Below, piece after piece: positions 49,001-60,344 of a stretch of DNA of 64,000 nt. Source of the stretch: Cyanophora paradoxa CCMP329 (taxonomy: Eukaryota > Plantae > Glaucophyta). The DNA is taken from NCBI GenBank assembly GCA_004431415.1, contig QPMI01000306.1, forward strand, positions 1 through 64,000, written 5' to 3'. The position numbers and the translations under genes are program-made. The notes under the pieces are model-generated. The model was not told where the DNA came from. It saw nothing but the letters and a program-made list of their open reading frames with translations, and searched no databases. How positions within the stretch are numbered: the first letter of the stretch is position 1; every line of letters starts with the position of its first letter.

Positions 49001-50465
49001 TTGGAATGCAGGAGTACAACTATGAAATTTCGCACAAGTCTGGTACCCTGAATGCTGATGCGATGCACTTTCGAGACTTGTGAAGCGAGTTGTTGCCAAG
49101 ATTGAAGAGTTGTCTCTCATTTCTCCTATCATTCCCATCCCTATTCTTGTGAATGCAGTTGAGCTTGATTTATCTCTTTCTGCTTGTGATATTAGAGCTG
49201 CTCAACTTGAGGATCCGTTGCTCAACACCATGATCAGGTATCTTGAAGATGATGTGCTTGTCCTTCCTGAGGGCGTGGACAAGTCAGTGGAGCGAACACT
49301 CAAGAGTGGGAAGTTCGTACTGAAATGTGATGTACTTTGTCGCCAACGAACTGGATCTGATTCTTTTCAAGTTGTTGTTCCGTACTGCATGACTCAACAG
49401 GTTCTTCGCGCTCTTCACGACAATTTCGGACATCCTGGAGTGACCAAGTTGATCGATCTTGTCTCATCTCGTTACTATTGGAAGAACTTGCGTCGCGATG
49501 TCTATGATTATGTTCGGAGCTGCCACAAGTGTCAGTTGATCAAACCGAAGCCAACCTCTTCGAATCTTCCGACTGTATCTGTGGTTGCTGATGCTCCGAT
49601 GCAACACATTGAGATCGACATCGTGGGGCCGTTTCCCATATCGAGTCGTGGTAACAAGTACGTGGTGACAATTGTCGATGTTTTTACTCGATGGGGCACC
49701 GCAGTGCCTGCACGGTCCAAGTCGGCCACTGTCGCTGTTCGCGCACTTTTCGAACATTGGATCCCTGAACATGGAGTTCCTCGCAAAATCTCTTCTGATC
49801 GTGGCGGAGAATTCGATAATCTCATTCTGCAAGAGTTGGAACGGATCTTCGGAATAAAACATGTTTTCGCTGCTCCATATCATCCCCAATCGCAGGGTCT
49901 CGTGGAAAAGTTCAACGATGTTCTCGTCACTCGCCTTCGTTTCTATGCGGAACAGAACGAGAAGCAATGGGACTTGTTCATTCCTTTCGCCTTGTTTGCG
50001 ATTCGCAACTTCAAGAATCCTTCGACTGGATTCACACCTTTCGAGATGTTGTACGGTCGACAGTGTACGCTTCCTACTGATTTGTTGCTTGAACCTGATA
50101 TCACTGTCGGCAATTCTGCTTCTACTCACGCTGCTGAGCTTGGTCGTCGGTTCTCGCGTATCTACTCCGAGGCTAATTTGGTTCGGCAAGCTCGACAGGA
50201 CGCACAAGGGCAAGCTGCCTCACCCTCGGGTGACCCGTTGTTCGTTCAAGGTGAACAGGTCTGTGTCAAGACCCCTTCGACTCGTTTGCGCAAGATGGAC
50301 CCCAAGTTCACTGGTCCATGGGAGATCGTTGCTGATGCCTCTCGTGGACATGGTGTGTCCTATGTGGTTCGATTTGTTGGTGGTGACAACAAGCTTGGCT
50401 ATTCTACCGGTGACAAGGTTACGGTTCACGCTGATCGTCTCATCCCCTACGTTGAGCGTGATTGA
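46000..50465 (+). pseudogene. pol: Family C pol (PR with active site deleted, dUTPase-like spacer, RT, RH, IN); frameshifts at ~46550, ~48110 and ~49062
   Basis: YLDD, KTDASKTGIGA, HDNFGHPG..CHKC, HIEID, SSDRGGEF, LVEKFN, KFTGPW. Confidence 0.95.
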
Positions 50466-50676
50466 GTTGGCCAGCGAGGACGTGGCCCTCTCAACTGCGG
50501 AGCGAAATGTTGTATCTCGAACCCAAACTCCCCCTCGTAGCATAGCCCTGTGCCCTATGTATGGTAGTCAGTTGGGGCTTGTACTGGCTTCTGTAATAAA
50601 TACACGAGACTCTTGCAGAATGACGGGTAAACATGTTCTCCCAAGTGTTCTTTGATCATTTCTTGCCGCAACCCGT

Positions 50677-51062
50677 CAGCCCCAGGTTTCCAATCTCTTG
50701 CAAAATAGAAGAAAGATGCACCCCAAAAACTTTCCAGGGGGAACATGCACATGGCGCTAGCCTTTGGCAAGTGCACCCTGCCCAGCAGAGGCCCTGTAAG
50801 AGGCTCTGCCCTTCCAAGTGGGCTAGCGCCATGTGCAGACATCAAATATGTGGTTTGGGGTGCATCTTTCTTTTGTTTGTGGCGGATCCAAAACCTGGGG
50901 CCTTCGAATTAGTGACTAGCTGGTGGCTGAATTCATCTGTCTAAGGCTAGCGCTTTGTGCATATTTCCCTATCTTTGGGGTTCATCTTTTTTCCTTTGTG
51001 CAGATTTGGGGTTAGACTAGCGCGTTGTGCAGACAACAGGCTAGCGCCATATGCAGATATCA
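50677..51062. repeat. Degenerate Sat124 / 207-bp hybrid pieces in both orientations
   Basis: Diverged monomer fragments. Confidence 0.75.
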
Positions 51063-51280
51063 AGTATGTGGTCTCTGCCTTCGTTGATGGCCTAGGTCTA
51101 GAACTAATGAACGCTGATGGCCGCGGTCTAGAATATTTCAGCTAAAATATCGGAAACTTGAAGACACCCCTCTGCTTTATTTACGTACTCTTTCTGTTGC
51201 AAATTAGCCACGGAGATTTTATATCGGCACACAGGCATTTGAGAACAACTTTGACACAGGCATTCGGTTTTAAAATCAAA

Positions 51281-52585
51281 ATGCAGATTATAATAAGACG
51301 ATCTGCTATTTATGCTTGTATGTTCATCCTCAGTTCTTGTGTTTTTGCCTCACGCAACTTCGACGATTCGCCGCGCAATTTTCCACTCCATGCCGATGTC
51401 TCCGCCCGTGTTTTACTTACAGATTGTTTGTTTCCAACTGTAATTGCGGCATGGAGGCTGAATGAAGTGTTGGCCTTCATCGAGAACTTTGACACGGACA
51501 TTCTGATTCCAAGGCGGATTTTTTCCTTCGCTGGATTGCCCATCCCTTTTCAATTCGACGAGCTCAGGTTGTCTCATAGACTGAAAGAATATGACATTCT
51601 GATTTTTAACCCAAATCTAAATTGGATAAACCGGTCTAACTCCGAAGATTTCGATGGGACAATCTATAATGTGAATAGCGGTGCAGACTATGCCCTGCGG
51701 CTGAAAAAGTACCGTAATGAAGCATTCGATTTAAGCAAGTACGACATTGTTTTCCACATTTTTGTAAACGTGTTCTATGATTTCAACGGCATTTTCCCAA
51801 ACATCGTTCCATTCAACAAACAGGTCATTCATCTGTATCCTGGCGGGGGTTTCGACTTCAATATCAATCTGTCCATACACCCTTCTGTCCATCTTGTTTT
51901 AACCACACCATTTGCGGTGACATGGATGCAACGAAACAACATAAAAAATAACTGGACACTTGCCTTGACTGGACCATTCTTGCGTAAGAATGAGGTAGTA
52001 GTTCCCAAGACATTTCACAATTTCCCACCTATGAATGTCTGTTTCACTTCCATCGGTGACCGTGAAGACAAAGGAGCACATGTTTTTCTAGAAATTGCAC
52101 GTGTCTATAAGCTGAAGTACAGAAACGACTCAGTGTCCTTTTGGGGAATTGGCAACGTACCCTCGAGTGCACATATAAATTTACTCGCACCCATGGCTCA
52201 AGAGAAGTTGGATAATCTGTATGCACAGTACGGTCATGTTTACATCAACCTACTTTCTGAAAAAGCACAGTCTACCAATGGGTGGCCACTGGGGATTGAA
52301 GCTGTACTTCGTGGTGTGGTTCTGATGACAACAGACTACTGGGACTTGAATGCCGTTTACAACTTTACTGGAATTGTGATAATTCGACGGGAGGATGTGA
52401 ACGACATTGTAGAAAAACTTCATTCTCTGTACATCAATCCTGTGCTTCTGAAAGAGCTGAGCATACGGGGGCAGAATGAGGCGAAAAATGTATGCGAGTA
52501 TGAAGCATTTACAGCTTCTTTTCTTTTTCACATCCGTGACTGCATCCAGAAAAGTAGGATATCTGTCCAGAATTCAGGAGCTTGA
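51281..52585 (+). CDS. Intronless GT-B fold glycosyltransferase (GT4 / Glycos_transf_1-like) with N-terminal signal or anchor
   Basis: ORF 51158-52585, first ATG at 51281, hydrophobic N-terminus, DKGAHVFLEIA, EKLDNLY...YINL...NGWPLGIEAVLRGVVLMTTD. Confidence 0.78.
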   Translation: MQIIIRRSAIYACMFILSSCVFASRNFDDSPRNFPLHADVSARVLLTDCLFPTVIAAWRLNEVLAFIENFDTDILIPRRIFSFAGLPIPFQFDELRLSHRLKEYDILIFNPNLNWINRSNSEDFDGTIYNVNSGADYALRLKKYRNEAFDLSKYDIVFHIFVNVFYDFNGIFPNIVPFNKQVIHLYPGGGFDFNINLSIHPSVHLVLTTPFAVTWMQRNNIKNNWTLALTGPFLRKNEVVVPKTFHNFPPMNVCFTSIGDREDKGAHVFLEIARVYKLKYRNDSVSFWGIGNVPSSAHINLLAPMAQEKLDNLYAQYGHVYINLLSEKAQSTNGWPLGIEAVLRGVVLMTTDYWDLNAVYNFTGIVIIRREDVNDIVEKLHSLYINPVLLKELSIRGQNEAKNVCEYEAFTASFLFHIRDCIQKSRISVQNSGA

Positions 52586-52617
52586 CAGATTTTGTCATTC
52601 TAAAACTATTGCCTTGT

Positions 52618-53337
52618 GCTGTGACAAAATCGAAGAAAGATGCTTCCTAAATCTCTCTGGGGGAATATGCACAAGGAGATAGCCTTAGGCAGATGAGCTA
52701 CCCACCAGCAAGTCACTCAGTCGAAGGCCCCAGGTTTCCAATCTGCCAGAAAATAGAAGAAATATGCACCCCAAATCTCTCTGGGGGAATATGCACAAGG
52801 CGCTAGCCTTAGGCAGATGAACCCACCCACCAGCAAGTCACTCAGTCAAAGGCCCCAGGTTTCCGATCTGCCACAAAATAGAAGAAAGATGCACTTCAAA
52901 TCTCTCTGGGGGAATATGCACAAGGCGCTAGCCTTGGGCAGATGACCCTCCCAAAAGCAAGACACTCTGGTGACTGAAAGCAAGCAAGCAGGGCCTTTGA
53001 CTGAGTGACTTGCTGGTGGGTGGGTTCATCTTCCTAAGGCTAGCGCCTTGTGCATATTCCCCCAGAGAGATTTGGAGTGCATCCTTCTTCTATTTTGTGG
53101 CAGATCGGAAACCTGGGGCCTTTGACTGAGTGAGTTGTGGGTGGGTGGGTCATCTGCCTAAGGCTAGCGCCTTGTGCATATTCCCCCAGAGAGATTTGGG
53201 GTGCATCTTTCTTCTGCGGGTGGGTGGGTCATCTGCCTAAGGCTAGCGCCTTGTGCATAATCCCCCAGAGAGATTTGGGGTGCATCTTTCTTCTTTTTTC
53301 TGGCAGATTGGAAATCTGGGGCCTTCGACTGAGTGAG
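52618..53337. repeat. Sat124: minus block (52618-52966) then plus block (52991-53337)
   Basis: Monomers with a strand switch. Confidence 0.95.
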
Positions 53338-55240
53338 CCAGACAAGGGTAGTGGCGGAGCAGACATGCGCCTATACAGTTCACCATGTATGCCCCGGCGG
53401 TCCGGCGCTCATACACGCAAACCTGGAAAGCAATCGGCGAAATCAAAAATGCAGGCCTCTTCCTAATGCCGGCCTGGGGTATTCCCGATCCCGTTCACAT
53501 TTGTAAGCCCGAATTGTAGTGATAGAGAGACAAAGATTAAAGAACCATGTCATCAGCATCATCAACACAGTCGATGAGCACAACAGGAGAACCAGAATCG
53601 TCACTGAGAACCGAAAGGTCAGCAGGAGAGGAAAGATGCAAACGTTTAACGGAAGGAAGAAAAGATGGGTCACTGGATCCGTCCGTGAAACCATCAGAGA
53701 AGCAAGCAAGAGCAGGGGAAGAGGGTTGACGGCGCTTCAGGGTGAAACCAGGGGGCAAATCAAGGTCAGTGTCCATAGGAACAGAGGAAGAAGGAAGAGA
53801 TGACGAATGGCTCCCAACATCGTGAGCATCGTCAGTGATGTCAGCAGCAACTACAGGAGAAGACAGAGGTAATTCAGCATCGAGTTCGGGATCAAAGAGG
53901 TCAGTAATCACTTGAGGAGAGAGTGGAGGCGAACTGGTATCATCAACCGTATCATCGACAACGTCAGACGCTTGCACAGGGGGTCCCAAATCATCGACAC
54001 AGCGACGACGAAGAGGCGGCTCGTCTTCAGTGTCAAACTCCGGGGGAGGGTGAGGAGGAGTGTGAGGGGGCGAAGGAGACGGAGGAAGCATAGGGTCAGG
54101 AGCAGGAGCAGGATCTGGTGCCCCAGGAGGGTCGTCGTTGTCCGAAGAGGTGCTTGTGGAAGAGTCATCAGGAGCATCAGGGCCCAGGTCTGAAAGGTCA
54201 GGAGGGGACATATACCCTGCAAGATCTTCCTTTTCAAGGCGTTGCAGCAGGACAGGCCGCACACTGGCATAGGCAAACTGAGCAACAAGGGGGCTAGGGG
54301 CCAGATCGGGGCTAGGAGCAGGCTGAGCGATATGTTCGCAATGCTCATAAGAGGCTAGGGAATGGTCATAAGCACGAGCAGCGTCCAAGAGATTAGCGCA
54401 AAATGAGGAGTGAGATGGATCAACCGTAGAAATGAAACGGAAATCCCCACGGACATAAGTGACTTTGAATCGAGGTAAACGACGAGGAAGCATGTCCATG
54501 AAATCATCGAGCTCGCGAAACAAGGCAGACATCAGAGTGGCCGTCTTCAAACCGGTTTTGGAGGAAGGCGTAAGGGGCAGCTGTATGTCAGGGTCCATCG
54601 CAAACGTAGCAGCAGCTTCAGAGCGACCTGTATGATAGGCTAGAGAATACGAGCCGAAAATGACGTGCAGACCAAGAATCCGAACAACCTGCCACTCCCA
54701 GTTCTGGAGAAACATCCAAGTATCAGAGAAACGGACCGAGCCAGTGAGCAGCCAGGCAACAAAGCGTGCAGAAGGGATGGGCATCGGCTGGAGCTGCAGG
54801 GCATGGAAGAGAAGCGACCACAACTGCTGCACTACGGGGCAAAGAGCAAAGACGTGCAGCGCGTTGCAGTGCCGGTGGCAGACCGGACATAGCGAAGAGA
54901 GAAGCTCACTGTCAAGCAAATTCGCCGAAGCGGGACGCTGAAGATCACGCGCAGCCATAGCAGCGATGCGGGACGATGTGTGGAGGGCGTTGTAGCGCAG
55001 AGCAAAGTAGCCGTCAAGGACGCGCTGCGTGAGAGCGTAGCGCAGGTCGGGAATAACCGTATTGAACCAGGGGAAGCGATCGACGCGAGCATCGTAGACT
55101 GGCGGCCAGAAGAACTTAGAAGAGAGATCAGCACACCACTTAGCCTCAGCGGTCGTCGGTGCCATGAAAGCGTGGGAGGCGAGGTACTTGCACACGCCGT
55201 GAACCGTGAAACGTGACGGGGCAGCAGGCAGCTTGTGCAC
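53338..55240 (-). mobile_element. L1/Tx1-type non-LTR retrotransposon 3' fragment (zf-RVT CCHC plus long Pro/Asp/Ser tail, 3' UTR)
   Basis: ORF 53537-55252 contains NALHT...CPVCHRHCNALHVFALCPVVQQLW, typical of the ORF2 C-terminal zinc knuckle; no RT or poly(A) retained. Confidence 0.72.
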
Positions 55241-58200
55241 AACAATATGCACAAGGCGCTAGCCTTAGGCAGATGAGCTACCCACCAGCAAGTCACTCAG
55301 TCGAAGGCCCCAGGTTTCCAATCTGCCAGAAAATAAAATACAGATGCACCCCAAATCTCTCTGGGGGAATAATGCACACGGCGCTAGCCTTAGGCAGATG
55401 AACCCACCCACCAGCAAGTCACAAAGGCCCCAGGTGTCTGATCTGTGACAAAACAGAAGAAAAATGCACCCCAAATCTCTCTGTAAAAATATGCACAAGG
55501 CGATAGCCTTAGGCAGATGACCTTCCCAAAAGCAAGTCACTCAATTAAAGACCCCAGGTTTCCAATCCGCTACAAAATAGAAGAAATATGCACCCCAAAT
55601 CTCTCTGGGGGAATACACACAAGGCGCAAGCCTTAAGCAGATGGCCCACCCACCAGCAAGTCACTCAGTCAAAGGCCCCAGGTGTCTGATCTGCCAGCAA
55701 ATAGAAGACAGATGCACCCCAAATCTCTCTGGGGGAATATGCACAAGGCGATAGCCTTAGGCAGATGAACCCATCCACCAGCAAGTCACTCAGTCAAAGG
55801 CCCCAGGTGTCTGATCTGTGACAAAACAGAAGAAAAATGCACCCCAAATCTCTCTGTAAAAATATTCACAACACGCTAGCCTTAGGCAGATGACCTACCC
55901 AAAAGCAAGTAACTCAGTCAAAGGCCTGATGTTTAGGATCTGTGACAAAATCGAAGAAAGATGCACCCCAAATCTCTCTATGCACAAGGCGATAGCCTTA
56001 GGCAGATGACTTACCCAAAAGCAAGTAACTCAGTCAAAGGCCTGATGTTTAGGATCTGTGACAAAATCGAAGAAAGATGCACCCCAAATCTCTCTGTGGG
56101 AATATGCACAAGGTGCTAGCCTTAGGCAGATGGCCCACCCACCAGCAAGTCACTCAGTTAAAGGCCCCAGGTGTCTGATCTGCCAGAAAATTGAAGATAG
56201 ATGCACCCCAAATCTCTCTGGAGGAATATGCACAAGGCGATAGCCTTAGGCAGATGAACCCACCCACCAGCAAGTCACTCAGTCAAAGGCCCCAGGTGTC
56301 TGATCCGTGACAAAACAGCAGAAAAATGCACCCCAAATCTCTCTGTAAAAATATTCACAACACGCTAGCCTTAGGCAGATGACCTACCCAAAAGCAAGTA
56401 ACTCAGTCAAAGGCCTGATGTTTAGGATCTGTGACAAAATCAAAGAAAGATGCACCCCAAATCTCTCTGGGGGAATATGCACAAGGCGATAGCCTTAGGA
56501 AGATGAACCCACCCACCAGCAAGTCACTCAGTCATAGGCCCCTGGTTTCTCATCTGCCAGAAAATAGAAGATGGATGCACCCCAAATCTCTCTGGGGGAA
56601 TATGCACAAGGCGCTAGCCTTGGGCAGATGACCCTCCCAAAAGCACGACACTCAGTCAAAGGCCCCAGGTTTCCGATCTGCAACAAAAAAGAAGAAAGAT
56701 GCACCCCAAATCTCTCTGGGGGAATATGCACAAGGCGCTAGCAAGTCGCCAGAAAATACAAGAAAGATGCACCCCAAATCTCTCTGGGGGAATATGCACA
56801 AGGCGCTAGCCTTAGGCAGATGACCCACCCACCAGCAAGTCAATCAGTCAAAGGCCCCAGGTTTCCCATCTGTGCGCTTCAAATCTCTCTGGGGGATATG
56901 CACAAGGCAATAGCCTTAGGCAGATGACCCACCCACCAGCAAGTCACTCAGTCAAAGGCCCCAGGTTTCTGATCCGCCACAAAATAAAAGAAGGATGCAC
57001 CCCAAATCTCTCTGGGGGAATATGCACAAGGCGCTAGCCTTAGGCAGATGACCCACCCACCAGCAAGTCACTCAGTCATAGGCCCCTGGTTTCTCATCTG
57101 CCAGAAAATAGAAGATGGATGCGCTCCAAATCTCTCTGGGGGAATATGCACAAGGCGCTAGCCTTAGGAAGATTACCCTCCCAAAAGCAAGTCACTCAGT
57201 CGAAGGCCCCAGGTTTCCGATCTGCAACAAAAAAGAAGAAAGATGCACCCCAAATCTCTCTGGGGGAATATGCACAAGGCGCTAGCAAGTCGCCAGAAAA
57301 TACAAGAAAGATGCACCCCAAATCTCTCTGGGGGAATATGCACAAGGCGCTAGCCTTAGGCAGATGACCCACCCACCAGCAAGTCAATCAGTCAAAGGCC
57401 CCAGGTTTCCCATCTGTGCGCTTCAAATCTCTCTGGGGGATATGCACAAGGCAATAGCCTTAGGCACATGACCCACCCACCAGCAAGTCACTCAGTCAAA
57501 GGCCCCAGGTTTCTGATCCGCCACAAAATAAAAGAAGGATGCACCCCAAATCTCTCTGGGGGAATATGCACAAGGCGCTAGCCTTAGGCAGATGACCCAC
57601 CCACCAGCAAGTCACTCAGTCAAAGGCCCCAGGTGTCTGATCCGTGACAAAACAGCAGAAAAATGCACCCCAAATCTCTCTGTAAAAATATTCACAACAC
57701 GCTAGCCTTAGGCAGATGACCTACCCAAAAGCAAGTAACTCAGTCAAAGGCCTGATGTTTAGGATCTGTGACAAAATCAAAGAAAGATGCACCCCAAATC
57801 TCTCTGGGGGAATATGCACAAGGCAATAGCCTTAGGCAGACGACCCTCCTCAAAGCAAGTCACTCAGTCCAACGCCCCAGGTTTCCGATCCGCTACAAAA
57901 TCGAAGAAAGATGCACCCCAAATCTCTCTGGGGGGATACGCACAAGGCGCTAGCCTAAGGCAGATGAGTTACCCAAAAGCAAGTAACTCAGTCAAAGGCC
58001 TGATGTTAAGGATCTGTGACAAAATCGAAGAAAGATGCACCCCAAATCTCTCTGTGGGAATATGCACAAGGTGCTAGCCTTAGGCAGATGGCCCACCCAC
58101 CAGCAAGTCACTCAGTTAAAGGCCCCAGGTGTCTGATCTGCCAGAAAATTGAAGATAGATGCACCCCAAATCTCTCTGGAGGAATATGCACAAGCGATAG

Positions 58201-60316
58201 CCTTAGGCAGATGAACCCACCCACCAGCAAGTCACTCAGTCAAAGGCCCCAGGTGTCTGATCCGTGACAAAACAGCAGACAAATGCACCCCAAATCTCTC
58301 TGTAAAAATATTCACAACACGCTAGCCTTAGGCAGATGACCTACCCAAAAGCAAGTAACTCAGTCAAAGGCCTGATGTTTAGGATCTGTGACAAAATCGA
58401 AGAAAGATGCACCCCAAATCTCTCTGGGGGAATATGCACAAGGCGCTAGCCTTAGGCAGATGAGCTACCCACCAGCAAGTCAATCAGTTGAATGCAGCAG
58501 GTTTCCGATCCGCCACAAAATAGAAGAAAGATGCACTTCAAATCTTTCTGGGAATATGCACAAGGAGCTAGCCTGAGGCAGATGACCCACCCACCAGCAA
58601 GCCACTCAGTCAAAGGCCCCAGGTTTCCAATCTGCCAGAAAATAGAAGACTGATGCACCCCAAATCTCTTTGGGGGAATAATGCACACGGCGCTAGCCTT
58701 AGGCAGATGACCCACCCACCAGCAAGTCACTCAGTCAAAGGCCCCAGGTGTCTGATCTGCCAGCAAATAGAAGACAGATGCACCCCAAATCTCTCTGGGG
58801 GAATATGCACAAGGCGATAGCCTTAGGCAGATGACCTACCCAAAAGCAAGTAACTCAGTCAAAGGCCTGATGTTTAGGATCTGTGACAAAATCGGAGAAA
58901 GATGCACCCCAAATCTCTCTGGGGGAATATGCACAAGGCGATAGGCTTAGGCAGACGACCCTCCTCAAAGCAAGTCACTCAGTCCAACGCCCCAGGTTTC
59001 CGATCCGCTACAAAATCAAAGACAGATGCACCCCAAATCTCTCTGGGGGGATACGCACAAGGCGCTAGCCTTAGGCAGATGAATTACCCAAAAGCAAGTA
59101 ACTCAGTCAAAGGCCTGATGTTTAGGATCTGTGACAAAATCGAAGAAAGATGCACCCCAAATCTCTCTGTGGGAATATGCACAAGGGGATAGCCTTAGGC
59201 AGATGAGCTACCCACCAGCAAGTCACTCAGTCGAAGGCCCCAGGTTTCGAATCTGCCAGAAAATAGAAGACAGATGCACCCCAAATCTCTCTGGGGGAAT
59301 TATGAACAAGGTGCTAGCCTTAGGCAGATGAACCCACCCACCAGCAAGTCACTCAGTCAAAGGCCCCAGGTGTCTGATCTGTGACAAAACAGAAGAAAAA
59401 TGCACCCCAAATCTCTCTGTAAAAATATGCACAAGGCGATAGCCTTAGGCAGATGACCCACCCACCAGCAAGCCACTCAATCAAAGACCCCAGGTTTCCA
59501 ATCCGCTACAAAATAGAAGAAATATGCACCCCAAATCTCTCTGGGGGAATATGCACAAGGTGCTTGCCTTAGGCAGATGGCCCACCCACCAGCAAGTCAC
59601 TCAGTCAAAGGCCCCAGGTGTCTGATCTGCCAGCAAATAGAAGACAGATGCACCCCAAATCTCTCTGTGGGAATATGCACAAGGCGATAGCCTTAGGCAG
59701 ATGAGCTACCCACCAGCAAGCCACTCAGTCAAAGGCCCCAGGTTTCTGATCCGCCACAAAAAAGAAGATGGATGCACCCTAAATCTTTCTGGGGGAATAT
59801 GCACAAGGCGCTAGCCTTAGGCAGATGAACCCACCCACCAGCAAGCCACTCAGTCAAAGTCCCCAGGTTTCCGATCCGCCACAAAAAAGAAGATGGATGC
59901 ACTCCAAATCTTTCTGGGGGAAAATGCACAAGGCGCTAGCCTTAGGCGGATGACCCACCCACCAGCAAGCCACTCAATCAAAGGCCACAGGTTTCCGATC
60001 CGCCACAAAAAACAAGAAAGAAGCACCCCAAATCTCTCTGGTGGAATATGCACAATGCGATAGCCTTAGGCAGATGAACCCACCCACCAGCAGAGCACTC
60101 AGTCAAAGGCCCCAGGTGTCTGATCTGTGACAAAACAGAAGACAAAAGCACCCCAAATCTCTCTGTAAAAATATTCACAACACGCTAGCCTTAGGCAGAT
60201 GCCCTACCCAAAAGCAAGTAACTCAGTCAAAGGCCTGATGTTTAGGATCTGTGACAAAATCGAAGAAAGATGCACCCCAAATCTCTCTGGGGGAATATGC
60301 ACAAGGCTCTAGCCTT
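55241..60316 (-). repeat. Sat124 block, inverted, heterogeneous variants with ~544 and ~1115 bp block duplications
   Basis: Identical or near-identical spurious ORFs at 56652/57196 and 57768/58883. Confidence 0.97.
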
Positions 60317-60344
60317 ACATACATCTTTCATCATCCATCTAGCC

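Larger units (their letters stand above)
45151..50676 (+). mobile_element. Ty3/Gypsy family C, 5'-truncated, degenerate, with partial 3' LTR from 50508
   Basis: gag 45151-46003; pol ORFs 46174, 46097, 48130 and 49080-50465; LTR start TGTTGTATCTCG at 50508 with AATAAA at ~50595. Confidence 0.94.

Noticed and set aside
50230-50465. Chromodomain or env after integrase (C, D)
   Set aside because: Integrase ends shortly after the GPY/F module and the LTR follows within ~45-65 bp.
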